Below are positions 13,011-24,970 of a stretch of DNA of 64,000 nucleotides, one piece after another (the stretch's first letter is position 1; each line of letters begins with the position of its first letter). The notes beneath the pieces were generated by a model, which worked only from the letters and a program-made list of their open reading frames with translations, was not told the origin of the DNA and made no database searches. The DNA comes from Octopus sinensis (lineage: Eukaryota). Position numbers and translations under genes: made by a program. The stretch is taken from contig NC_043003.1 of the NCBI RefSeq assembly GCF_006345805.1, positions 45,756,001 to 45,820,000 of the forward strand, read 5' to 3'.

Positions 13011-15705
13011 TATTATTAGTAGCAGAAATACACCCTCCAGGCGTTTCCTGCTAGTAATGAAATAATCCAATTTTCCAAGCTCACACTTCTACATATACTC
13101 AAACGTATGTATGTGCGTACATATATACGGATATATATATATGTATATACGAAAAGAGAGCTGTGAAAACTTGCTGTTCGTTATTCTCTATAACATGGCT
13201 TCCTTTGCAAGTTAGAGTTATAGGTAGTATCACACTATTGATTGATTTAACACGTTATTTTCTAAAGAGTTTGCACTTAAGAGTCATTGTGTTTAGAAGA
13301 GTCATCTTTGCCAGTAATTAAACAAAAGCACTGATTGCTATTATTCACTTTTCGTGTTTTTCAGTATTTTGTTGCGAATATGTAAATTTATCGTTACACA
13401 TGTGTGACCTGTCTTCTGATCTCTGCCAAGAAATTTCACTCTTGTAATATATCACAATATTTGCTTCACAGCACGATTTTAATTCAGAATTTCAGCCAAA
13501 CATATACATTAGAATCATTCTGAGATGTCGTATGTTGTTGAGCACCCGGTCAATACAGATTACTCAGGGCTCTGATCAATAATCTTCGGCCCTATTTTTT
13601 TAAGTCAGCCATTGGGTATTTACAACTATATAATCGTATTTATTTATTTATTGACATTAAATTTGTAAGTCGAGGTGAATTTGACTTGCTGTATTTCTTC
13701 TTACTCTGGGTGTTCAAAGTTCTAATCAAGCACTTTGATGCATGGAAGGTAAGCTTCATCTACTAACCTTTTAACAACATCGTGGTTTTTCAATGACTTA
13801 GCGAAGTCTCCTTTGTTCCAAGTATTTGGGTCAGACCTCTCAGACCCCATGTTTGAAGATATATTTCTCTCTCCCTCAACCAATTTGGAAGGCCTCAAAA
13901 CGATTAATGTACACTGTTCACTGTTCCTCACTCCTGTTAATGCGATAAAAATAAATCCGTCCGACAACCACGTAGAGGCTTCCGCGTCTACGCAGCGTTG
14001 TTATATTTAATAGATGGGAGTAACATTGGCCGCTGTGAAATACAACTGTCGCGAATGTGTTAAATTAAAAGCAATATCGAATTTTCTCTTTCCTTTACTA
14101 GAGGAGTAGTAGAATGTTTATCAGAAGTCTGAACCTAACCTTCTGTTACATATCATTGTGTATTTCAAGACTTTCCTATCAGTCTTTGTTCAGCTAATCT
14201 ATTAGCCTAACCGGTGCCAACAGAACACACGCAACGCCAACAGATTTCAAGAGGTGGATTTTTGAATGTTATCTATCTATTGATATCAAAGAAACTGGAA
14301 GTAATTAGTGATTTTTTATTTCATCATTATTATTTTTTATCTATTATTATTTTTATTTTTTTATGGTTGAAGTTTTTGATATTTTACATCTCTTTATCAT
14401 TACAAAGAAATCAAAGTTTCGAGTTTAACTTTATATTTTTATTTTCCATCTTTTTTTCTTTTTATTCTTTTCCTAAACAGAGAACAGTCTTGTTAACATA
14501 ACATCTCACTGCTGTATCTGCTTAATTGAAAATGTGCTAGAAAATGGCACCTTTTGACCAATGAATTCTTGAATATACGTGTGGGGTGGTGTGGTGCAAT
14601 TTATTCATTTACTTATTTATTTGCTTATTATATATTGCTGTTAGTCCTGCAGTCAGTTTGTTCCTGCATTAGTAATTGGCTGGTAGTTACATTTAAGTCA
14701 GCAACGTATTGGCTACTTGTCAAAATGAAGGAATTAATTGTGTTATCTAGGACACAGTCGGTGGAAATTAACTTTATCTGTGAAATTGATTGAATCAATT
14801 ATAAATAAATAAACAAATAGTGTAGACGATATTAAACAATACCTCTCTCCATCTACATACCAACACACACTTCCTCGTAAAGTAGCTTAGCTCTCTGCTC
14901 GCTTAGCTTTTAACAAGACATTTTATATCAAATAACATTATGTTATATAAGTGCAGATGGAATGTTCGTGAGGAAATATCAAAAACCAAGTTTCGCTTCT
15001 CAGTGAAGTTATTTCAAATTACTAAACTCTTTATTACATTCGTGAAAGAAATGAAAATCATCAAAGTTCGCATTTACCTTTCTCCCGAGAATAAATATAA
15101 TGTAAATGACCTTCTTTAAGAAATCCTCCGTACCTGTGAGATGTGTCCAACACCTAATTTGGTTTCTCGTTTATCTCAGTATACAATTTCAAGCTCGGTC
15201 TTAATATATTAGAAGTATGAACGTGACTGCATCTTGTTTTCACTTCCCAATAAAATATATAATGACTTTTTTATGTAACAAAATGTCGTTTCGATACACA
15301 AGACATATTTTTTTGCAAAGTCATGTGCATGAGTCGGTTTCATTTTCTTGTTGGGAATCATTTTATAGCAGTTGCTAAATCACCTTGCAATTTAACATGG
15401 TCACTCCCTCGGCTTGAGGTGCCAGAGAAAGGTGCCAGAGAAAGTTATTTAGCCATATAATAGCCCCTATTTCTCCTTTTTATTCGGTTTGTTCTTGTAT
15501 TGAGATAATTATTTGCACTTAACTAACGATGTCAGACGAACGAATATAATGTGACTAGTTCCATACATCAAGGTTCAGGGTTCAAATTCTCACTTACCAC
15601 ACATGTTAATTAGATAAGTAACATTAAATTTCAATGGCGTGGGGAAATAAATAGACCATTTATTCCAGGCACACACAATTGCATTTTCTCTCTCTGTCTG
15701 TCAGA

Positions 15706-15753
<48 letters not shown>

Positions 15754-16389
15754 CCGCGAAAATATTGCGTATGTATTAGAGATCAAAATCAAATGTCTTA
15801 ATATGTCGGAACGTTAACCTCTAAAATCTTATTTCAGTTCTCATTATGCTAGTACTGCAACACTTGAGAGTAAAACAACCATATATTCAAGTACTTTACC
15901 TGTCTTTATTTTCTTTAGTCAGTTCAGAAATTTGATATCAAACCATTTGTAATATATAATTAAATATTTTTTCTTTAGTATAGAGCAGAGATGTTTCGTG
16001 TCAAGAACCAGTTGTCTTTTGTCTTTGAGAACATCAGTGAAACTATTGATGTTGTCCACGATATCAAAGTCTTTGTTCATTTCTCAGAAGAGAGCTTTCT
16101 AGATAATTTATTTCCATAAACACTGAATCTGTCATTCATTCTTTGAATCGAAATTTTATCATGAGACTGTGCAATGCAGCGTGTACCTACATGGTATTTT
16201 TCGACTAAATTTTTATCCCCTGATGCGCGTAACACTTTACTCTCGAAAATCCCATTGACTTAATCATTTAATTCGCTGCAGATGGTAGCCGTCATAATTT
16301 CTAGTGGACTCTCGAGGCTTCTTTATGATACGTTATCAAGTGTATCCTGACGACTTCTGCTGCTATACATTAATGACCCTCTACACATC

Positions 16390-16540
16390 AACCCCAGTGT
16401 TCCACGGGTACTTATTTTATCGACGTCCGAAGGATGAAAGTCAACGTCGACCTCGGTGGATTCTGAACTGAGAACGCAAAGACGGACGAAATGCTGCTGG
16501 CATTATTGCCCAGCGTGCTAACGATACTGCCTGATCGCCA
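16390..16540 (-). mobile_element. SINE family B, diverged
   Basis: Reverse complement of core and head (TTATCGAC..CCGAAGGATGAAAG..GTCGACCTCGG). Confidence 0.8.
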
Positions 16541-17046
16541 CATTGTTTAAAACTGAAAAATATTAATTAATATGCACACTTGCAGCAGAGAGGTGGGTAT
16601 ACTATATCGGACATTCATCAATATATTACTGGTATTTATTTATTGATATTGAAAGGATAAGATAAACTGCCTTGGAAAATTATTTCATTTTATTAAGTAC
16701 CATTATGTTGTAAGACACAAAATAAAACATTTAACTTTTCGGACATTTTAGCAACATCATTCATAAATCGTAAGTCATAAAAAACGTTTCTGTGAATGGA
16801 CAGCAACCAAGATCTTGCAGGGCCTTTGATACTTATAAGGAGAAGGGTGGAAGAACATACAATCAATAGTCCCTGCAAAGATATCTTAAGATATTGGATT
16901 ATTAGCGGATTTCCTTACATGTATCCAAGACACAGCTGATAACAGAGTTGAACCTATAATCTGCAAGGTATTAAGGACTTTGCTGATTCTGCCACCTCTA
17001 AAAATAATACTATTTGAATTAATTTTTAGTACAAACAATCCCTTCT

Positions 17047-17094
<48 letters not shown>

Positions 17095-17110
17095 GTATAT
17101 TCATATATAT

Positions 17111-17310
17111 TTTTACTTGTTTCGCTCATTAGACTGCGGCCATGCTGGGACACCACTTTGAAGACATTTAGTTGCACTTGTCGACCACCAGTGCTTATTT
17201 TTTATTTTTTTTTTTTACTTGTATCGATCTCTTTTCCGGAAGCACTAGCTTATGAGGACTCGAAGACATCAACACCGGTTGTCAAGCGGTGGTGGGGAAC
17301 AAGTATATAC

Positions 17311-17388
<78 letters not shown>

Positions 17389-17569
17389 ACACGTACATAC
17401 GTATATACGACATACCACGGGTTTCTTTCAGTTTCGGTCTATGAAATTCATTCACAAGATTTTGCTCAACCTGAGGCTGTACCAGAAGACACTAGCCGAA
17501 GGTAATACACAGTGGGATTGACCCCCGGAACCACGTAGCTGGGTAGGAAACTTCCTATCACGCCTGCAC
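17111..17569 (-). mobile_element. SINE family A with internal (CA)n
   Basis: Tail GACTGCGGCCATGCTGG and head end GTGGGATTGACCCCGGAACCACG are recognisable on the plus strand. Confidence 0.85.
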
Positions 17570-17619
17570 TAACAATCTCTTGTCAAAATCAAAAACAATT
17601 TCCACTTATATATATTTTT

Positions 17620-17999
17620 TCTCTCTAGTTTCAGCTCAGAGCTGCGGCCATGCTGATGCACCGCCGTTTTGCTACACTGTTATTACTTAGAGCCTCCTCT
17701 AATATGTGGCACTTGGTGAAGAATGGCGTTTGATATAGCTACCCTCATTTGCACCTCTTGCCGTGAGGTAGGTTCATCTGGGACTCTCGACAGGAAGAGG
17801 TCCAGTTTTGATTTAAAAACCCCTATATCTACTTTGTGCAAGTTCCTCAGACTCTTTGGGAGAATATTAAAAAGCTGTGGGTCCTCGAAACCCAGGCTGT
17901 TGCAGTAACTGTTCCTGAAGCGTGATGGCATTGCTGGACATTTGGCAATGTCGTCCCGTTCTGGCATTGGTCTAGCTTTCAATGCCAAAATTTGGCACA
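17620..17999 (-). mobile_element. CR1-like LINE 3' fragment (ORF2 C-terminus plus 3' tail)
   Basis: ORF 17683-18000 contains PQLFNILPKSLRNL..VFKSKLDLFLSRVPDEP, a typical CR1-group ORF2 end, followed by a stem-loop tail. Confidence 0.85.
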
Positions 18000-18119
18000 A
18001 TATATATATATATAGCAGTCAAGAATGCTTATTTCTATCAAAGTGGGACTCCGGGCACGACAAACCCTGTAATTCACATATGCAAAACAGAAGGAATAGA
18101 TATAGAAAACGAAGTCTGG

Positions 18120-18246
18120 TGGTTATCTGTGAACATCATGTTTCTGGATTATAAACATATTGAATATATATTTCATATATATTTTTGATATATATTTCAT
18201 ATACATTGCATATATATTTCACATCCTTCTTCAGCACAGCTTTCCA
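18120..18246 (-). ncRNA. Type I hammerhead ribozyme motif (inverted copy)
   Basis: Reverse complement of the motif at 18877-19003. Confidence 0.7.
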
Positions 18247-18876
18247 TTGAAATAGATTTATCATAGATTTATCAAATGCTACGTACCTCAAACCTTCTGA
18301 CCATGCGACATCAAAATATTTGAAGAAAGTGAGCAAAAGCTAAACCTACATAGACGTTTGAATTCGTAAATCTTCCCTCCAAAATTTTGCCATGCGCACT
18401 ACAAAAATAGTTCCATAGGGGTAGGAACCATTGGGTTGTCGTAAGGGAGTGAAAAATCCAATTAGTAATATAATAATAAGATTAAATAATTTTACAACCT
18501 GTTGCCTGTCCCTTTTTCTTATATACAATATATATACTGAACTTTACAGAAGTTCCTGTCGGTAATCGGCTATATTTACATACCGAATTCTACCAGTAAA
18601 TAATTGTGGTTTTTTTAAAAACCTTTATAGAAATTATTTACTCTTATTATTATATTACTAATTGGATTTTTCACTCCCTTACGACAACCCAATGGTTCCT
18701 ACCCCTATGGAACTATTTTTGTAGTGCGCATGACAAAATTTTGGAGGGAAGATTTACGAATTCAAACGTCTATGTAGGTTTAGCTTTTGCTCACTTTCTT
18801 CAAATATTTTGATGTCGCATGGTCAGAAGGTTTGAGGTACGTAGCATTTGATAAATCTATGATAAATCTATTTCAA

Positions 18877-19003
18877 TGGAAAGCTGTGCTGAAGAAGGAT
18901 GTGAAATATATATGCAATGTATATGAAATATATATCAAAAATATATATGAAATATATATTCAATATGTTTATAATCCAGAAACATGATGTTCACAGATAA
19001 CCA
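18877..19003 (+). ncRNA. Type I hammerhead ribozyme motif with long stem-loop II
   Basis: Stem I CTGTG(18884-88)/CACAG(18992-96); core CTGAAGA (18889-95); stem II GGAT/ATCC around 73 AT-rich nt; GAAA (18979-82); stem III ACA-tga-TGT; cleavage triplet GUU (18989-91). Confidence 0.75.
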
Positions 19004-19514
19004 CCAGACTTCGTTTTCTATATCTATTCCTTCTGTTTTGCATATGTGAATTACAGGGATTGTCGTGCCCGGAGTCCCACTTTGATAGAAATAAGCATTC
19101 TTGACTGCTATTTCTATTTTTTCGGTATGCGGTCAAGCAACCTGTTGCCTGTCCCTTTTTCTTATATACAATATATTACTGAACTTTACAGAAGTTCCTG
19201 TCGGTAATCGGCTATATTTACATACCGAATTCTACCAGTAAATAATTGTGGTTTTTTAAAAACCTTTATAGAAATTATTACTCTTATTATTATATTACTA
19301 ATTGGATTTTTCACTCCTTACGACAACCCAATGGTTCCTACCCCTATGGAACTATTTTTGTAGTGCGCATGACAAAATTTTGGAGGGAAGATTTACGAAT
19401 TCAAACGTCTATGTAGGTTTAGCTTTTGCTCACTTTCTTCAAATATTTTGATGTCGCATGGTCAGAAGGTTTGAGGTACGTAGCATTGATAAATCTATGA
19501 TAAATCTATTTCAA

Positions 19515-19641
19515 TGGAAAGCTGTGCTGAAGAAGGATGTGAAATATATATGCAATGTATATGAAATATATATCAAAAATATATATGAAATATATATTCA
19601 ATATGTTTATAATCCAGAAACATGATGTTCACAGATAACCA
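19515..19641 (+). ncRNA. Type I hammerhead ribozyme motif (second direct copy)
   Basis: Identical motif: CTGAAGA 19527-33, GAAA 19617-20, GUU 19627-29, CACAG 19630-34. Confidence 0.75.
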
Positions 19642-19935
19642 CCAGACTTCGTTTTCTATATCTATTCCTTCTGTTTTGCATATGTGAATTACAGGGATTG
19701 TCGTGCCCGGAGTCCCACTTTGATAGAAATAAGCATTCTTGACTGCTATTTCTATTTTTTCGGTATGCGGTCAAGCAACCTGTTGCCTGTCCCTTTTTCT
19801 TATATACAATATATATACTGAACTTTACAGAAGTTCCTGCCGGTAATCGGCTATATTTACATACCGAATTCTACCAGTAAATAATTGTGGTTTTTTAAAA
19901 ACCTTTATAGAAATTATTTACTCTTATTATATATA

Positions 19936-19980
<45 letters not shown>

Positions 19981-19981
<1 letters not shown>

Positions 19982-20845
19982 GATGGGGTACCCAAAAGAA
20001 ACCGAAATTTTCAATATTGTTTTATTCACTTAGTTTTACATGTATACACCTTTATCGCCTTCAAAGTATTCACTATTTGAAGCAATGCATCGGTCCAGGA
20101 GAGTTTTCCACTAATCAAATTAGTGCTGGAACTCTTGCGAACTGATGCCTTTTAACGCTACCGTCGTTTTTTCCTTCAAATCTTCTACGTATGCAAATTC
20201 CGTAGAAACCAGCTTTCGTCACCAGTGATGGCTTTCGAAAAAAAGGTCCGTATCACCTTCCAACTGTTCTTTCAGTTCACGATACGCATTCAGTCGTGAC
20301 TGCTTTTGATCTTCTGTGAGCAAGTGAGGCACACATTTCGCTGCAACTCTTTCCATTCGCTATTCCTCGCTTAAAATTCGTTGGCAGGAGCACCAGGACA
20401 CACCTGCCAGAGCAACAAGTTCGTCAGTTGTTTGGTGACAGCCTTCCAAGATCAGTTCATGAAATTTCATGATGTTTTCATTTGTTTGGGAGGTCCGCGG
20501 TCGTCCTGAACGAGGTTGGTCTTCAAGCGACAAGTCATCATTCCTAAAGCGTGGAAACCACTCGTAAACTTGTGTTTTGCAGCGTCCTTTTAAGCTGTTT
20601 GAAGCATGATAATTGTTTCGGCCGCCGTTTTCCCTAGCAGGAAACAGAATTTCAGGGAAGCACGCTGTTCCTTCGTTTCAGTTATCGCAAATTTCTACGA
20701 ACAGGGGAGAAGCACCGCAAAACAAAGATTCAGTCGGAAGTTTGGTGCCTGAGGGTCGCATCAAGTGATTTCCAGCGGCGGAAACCTGAACTACAATGGG
20801 TTTGTCCCACAGAGAACGTTCCTGGTAACTTTTGGGTACCTCGTG
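19981..20845 (-). mobile_element. Internally deleted mariner transposon with transposase pseudogene
   Basis: Imperfect TIRs GGGGTACCCAAAAG / CTTTTGGGTACCTCG. The minus strand encodes EQRASLKFCFLLGKTAAETIIML..KTQVYEWF.RF..LEDQPRSGRP and ITGDESW, with stops, frameshifts and a missing C-terminal half. Confidence 0.9.
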
Positions 20846-22074
20846 TATGTGTATGCTTGTGTATATATATATATGGTTCCCTTCCACCTCGCAGAATCCT
20901 AATCAAGTGTCTTTCCATCATACCCTCCATAATGTGAAAAAAATTCGGTAAACTGAAAATATACTGAAATTCGCCAGATGTATTTGTTTGTGGATAACTA
21001 GACCTATTTTAATTTCCCTGTTTATCTGGCACTTGGGTACTTGTACTTCAATCCTGCTGCAATAATTTTTCCCTGTCTAAGATAACACTATATCTTCATG
21101 TGCTACTCCTAAAACAGCAAATCAATAGTAGCCCTCACGTCCGACTTTCTTCTCCACAAATCTCATTTCCTACTAATAGGTAACTAGCGTTACCTTCTTC
21201 AACTGGGAAAGCCATAAAAAGTTACTTATGACATTACAGTTTATGAAATATAATGCAATAATCGCCGAAAGCGAAGAATCGTAATTGATGTCTAGCAAAA
21301 TAACGAAGCTTAATAAAATGAAATAATTATATATTTGCTAGTTTGTTCATTCAGAGTAGCGAGATCAATTTAATTTACTGTAGTGCAGAACTAATAGATG
21401 GTTAATGATTATTTTAGACGGATAAATACTGTAGAAAGATTTCAACCATAACTGTATGTGCAATGGGTGTCTCATAAACATATTCGTGCTACGTTTTATA
21501 TGTGTATGTGTGTGCTTGTGTGTACTTGTGTGTATTTGTACGCATATACACACGTATATATACACACACACACAGACACAAATACACACACACACAATCA
21601 CACACATATATATATATATATAGGCGCATAATTTTGAGTGCATGTGAGTACGTTGTCCGTCTCTTAATGCCTGTGCGAGAATAAGTATTCATAATTGTGA
21701 TAAATTCTATTAGCAGTGATGGGAGCTTTCAATATGTAATGAAAAGTTATACATCACACTTAATTCAGGGTTACAAATACAATAAACTTGGACTAATCAT
21801 TGCGGTTTGATGTAGACGGAGCTGCCGTGTGTGTGAGAGAGTCGATTGCAGTGTTGATCTGTTTGTATAATCGCTCCGTATGATACTTGTTTACATATGC
21901 AGAACATATACACAAGGTCAAACAAATAAACCTGATAGATTTTTAAATAAGTACATTAGTAGATACAGGATGAACGTAAAAGACTTAATCCGCCCTACAT
22001 TCACCACAATGTTTGGCCTTGTGCCTGTGTTAGAAACAATAATTATCCACTGTGACAATTAAATTCTAACAATG

Positions 22075-22077
22075 CAA

Positions 22078-22117
<40 letters not shown>

Positions 22118-22128
22118 TAATAATAATG

Positions 22129-22159
<31 letters not shown>

Positions 22160-22162
22160 TAA

Positions 22163-22220
<58 letters not shown>
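22075..22220. repeat. (TAT)n-(AAC)n-(AAT)n compound microsatellite
   Basis: Read directly. Confidence 0.95.
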
Positions 22221-22221
<1 letters not shown>

Positions 22222-22278
22222 TACAACTAAATAAAAGTTTCACTATGACTTACATTTTCCTAAGTGGATGCTTTCCTT

Positions 22279-22489
22279 CTCTACTCTAGGCACAAGGCCC
22301 GAAATTTTGGGGGCGGGAGCCAGTCGATTAGATCGACTCCAGTACGCAACTGGTACTTAATTTATCGACCCCGGAAGGATGAAAGGCAAAGTCGACCTCG
22401 GCGGAATTTGAACTCAAAACATTAAGACAGACGAAATACCGCTAGGCATTTCGCCCGGCGTGCTAATGTTTCTGCCAACTAGCCGCCTT
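22279..22489 (-). mobile_element. SINE family B, near full length
   Basis: Reverse complement of head, B-box, core and tail. Confidence 0.92.
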
Positions 22490-24297
22490 GTAAGGGGATC
22501 CTTTCACTAAATGGCCACTATGAAACTGATCAGCTCCATTATCATATGTAAGTGATTCGATTATTTAATATTTTTTATGAATATTAGATTTACTTGGTTT
22601 GTTCAGCTGTTAAGACAGCTCGAAAAGAAATAATCTCATATTGAAAGGGCTGATGAACGGGCGGGCTATGCTATTATAAACTGCTGAGAAATGACATGTT
22701 GCGTAAATATTTTCTCAGTAATATAATGGAAGCTCTTTCTTTATAAATTATAGCTCTTTCTGTATAGACTATCACACCTTGTTGTTGTAACACTTACCTG
22801 TCTCCTGTATTAAAGCAGCATCATTTCAATTCTTGGGAAAGGAAGTTGCACAGAAGACTCGGCATCACAATCAGAATTCACTGTTACTGCATGCCAGTCA
22901 ACTTCGAAGTAATATAGGCCGGTCATGCTAAATTTCCTACTTGGTACCATACTCTTACTAGTTTGCAATGAAGAGGATATTCATAAATGCTCGTGGAGAA
23001 CCATCCGACCTATAGCATTGGTTTTGCTGATTTGCATGACCAAAGAACACAGACGACCCTACCTTATACTTTACGGAATTTTATCTGGCAATAACGATTC
23101 TGCGATACATGTGTATTAAGTTAAAATCATCTTTAGCTTTTGTTAAATTTCCATTAAGTAATCTGGCGGAACAGTTAAGGCTGGGATTTTAAAAAAAGAA
23201 ATTTGAAAGAAATTTAATTTCCATTTTCACCAAATTTAACATGATTTTACATTGACATATGAAGCATAAACACTGTTATTATTACACCTACCACTAAAGG
23301 TACTTTAACACACACTACAAACATCAACCAGACAACAGGACTAACTATGGGGTCTCTAGCTGTTTCCGGTGTTTCCTCAAAAATAAACGTATTAAATAAT
23401 CTATGAATAATTTAATAATGGATATTGTTGCCTAATGATTCATATGTTATATGCTTGAAACTTTGTATTTTTCATGTCCAATATATTATTTGGCACTAAC
23501 AGTCCCAGTAGTTTAATATCTACCGTGTCAGGGTACAGCAGCACAATTTTTCAGTATCCTGCTGTACAATATTCGCAATCCAATCGATATATTCTACAGT
23601 CCCTCCGATTCTGGTGGTGATCACATCGGAGATTAAACGAAGCAGCTTTATATGTAGTAGATTGAGCTACAAAAATTTCAGCCAAATCAAACAACCTCGG
23701 TAAGTAATCTTATAATATGAACAAAGTCAAACAGGGAAATTTAATGGTTTCTTTAAATAGTGACAATCGAACGCCGTGATAGAGTTCAACAATCGCTATC
23801 CTCCGAGGTAATGCCTTTTTCATTTTGTCTGCTGGTGTCAATGAGAAATGTTTCCATATTGTGAGAGGTAAGATTCTTCGTTAATAGAAGTTTCAGCTTG
23901 TAACACAAGAATCCTGGATGAAATCTAAGTCAAAATGCTCCAATACGAAACATTCTGATATAAAACGTATTTGCAGTTATGAAACGGTAGACAATACGAT
24001 ATCTTTCAATATAACACGATGTTCCATACGATATATTTTAAACGTTTTTCTTCTGAAAACTAATTAATAGCTGATTTTCAAAGCCATTATCTTACAGTTC
24101 ACCCCCTTTCAATTTCACATATCCAAGAATAGTGAGACTTCCTTATGCCCCCAGTTTTTAGGTACGTATGATATACTTTAACTTACACTGACAGATATTG
24201 ATGCAGATTTACTTTATTTATAATATTTTTGAACAAAACAAAACTTCTTTCATTATTTAATGTGTGTGTGTATGTGTGTTGTTGTTGTTGTTGTTAT

Positions 24298-24693
24298 TGA
24301 GCTGGTAGAATCGTAAGCACAGCAGCTGAAATGCTTAGCGGTATTTCGTCTGCCATTACGTTCCGAGTTCAAATTCCGCCGAGGTCGACTTTGCCTGTCA
24401 TCCTTTCGGGGGTCGATAAATTAAGTACCAGTTACGCACTGGGGTCGATGTAGTCGACTTAATCCGTTTGTCTGTCCTTCTTTGTCCCTTATGTGTTTGG
24501 CCCCTTGTGGGTAGTAAAGAAATAGGTATTTCGTCTACTGCTACGTTCTGAGATCAAATTCCGCCGATGTCGACTCTGCCTTTCATCCTTTCGGGATCGA
24601 GAAATTAAGTATGAGCGAAACACTAAGATCGATGCAATCGACCAGACCCAGCTCCCAATGTTTCGTAGATTGTGTCTTTAGTAGAACGGATTG

Positions 24694-24747
<54 letters not shown>

Positions 24748-24970
24748 GGCATACATATATACATACATACATACATACATACATACATACATACATACAT
24801 ACATACATACATACATACATACATAATGGAACGTCTTTACATTCTGAGTTCAAATTCTGCCAAGTTCGACTTCGCCTTTCATCCTTTCGAGGTCATTGAA
24901 ATAAGTACTTGTCGAATACTGAGCTCGATGTAATCAAATTTCAGGCCTTGTGTCTATATTAGAAAGGATT
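24298..24970 (+). mobile_element. Multimeric SINE family B interrupted by (TA)n(TACA)n
   Basis: Three successive GAGTTCAAATTC..GTCGACT..CCTTTCATCCTTTCG cores at ~24365, 24550 and 24846. Confidence 0.85.

Larger units (their letters stand above)
18012..19930. mobile_element. Non-coding ~640-bp repeat element: inverted partial copy (18012-18492) plus direct copies starting at 18495, 19138 and 19776 (partial); retrozyme-like / Penelope pseudo-LTR-like
   Basis: The unit start CAACCTGTTGCCTGTCCC recurs with periods 643 and 638. 18012-18492 is the reverse complement of ~18631-19110 with about three substitutions. (TA)n lies on both flanks. The inverted copy and both full direct copies each carry a hammerhead motif. 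Confidence 0.85.

Noticed and set aside
18136-18987. Duplicated 66-aa ORF (MLTFFKYFDVAW...) as a small protein gene
   Set aside because: It has a non-ATG start and overlaps the ribozyme and AT-rich loop; the duplication simply reflects the repeat structure.
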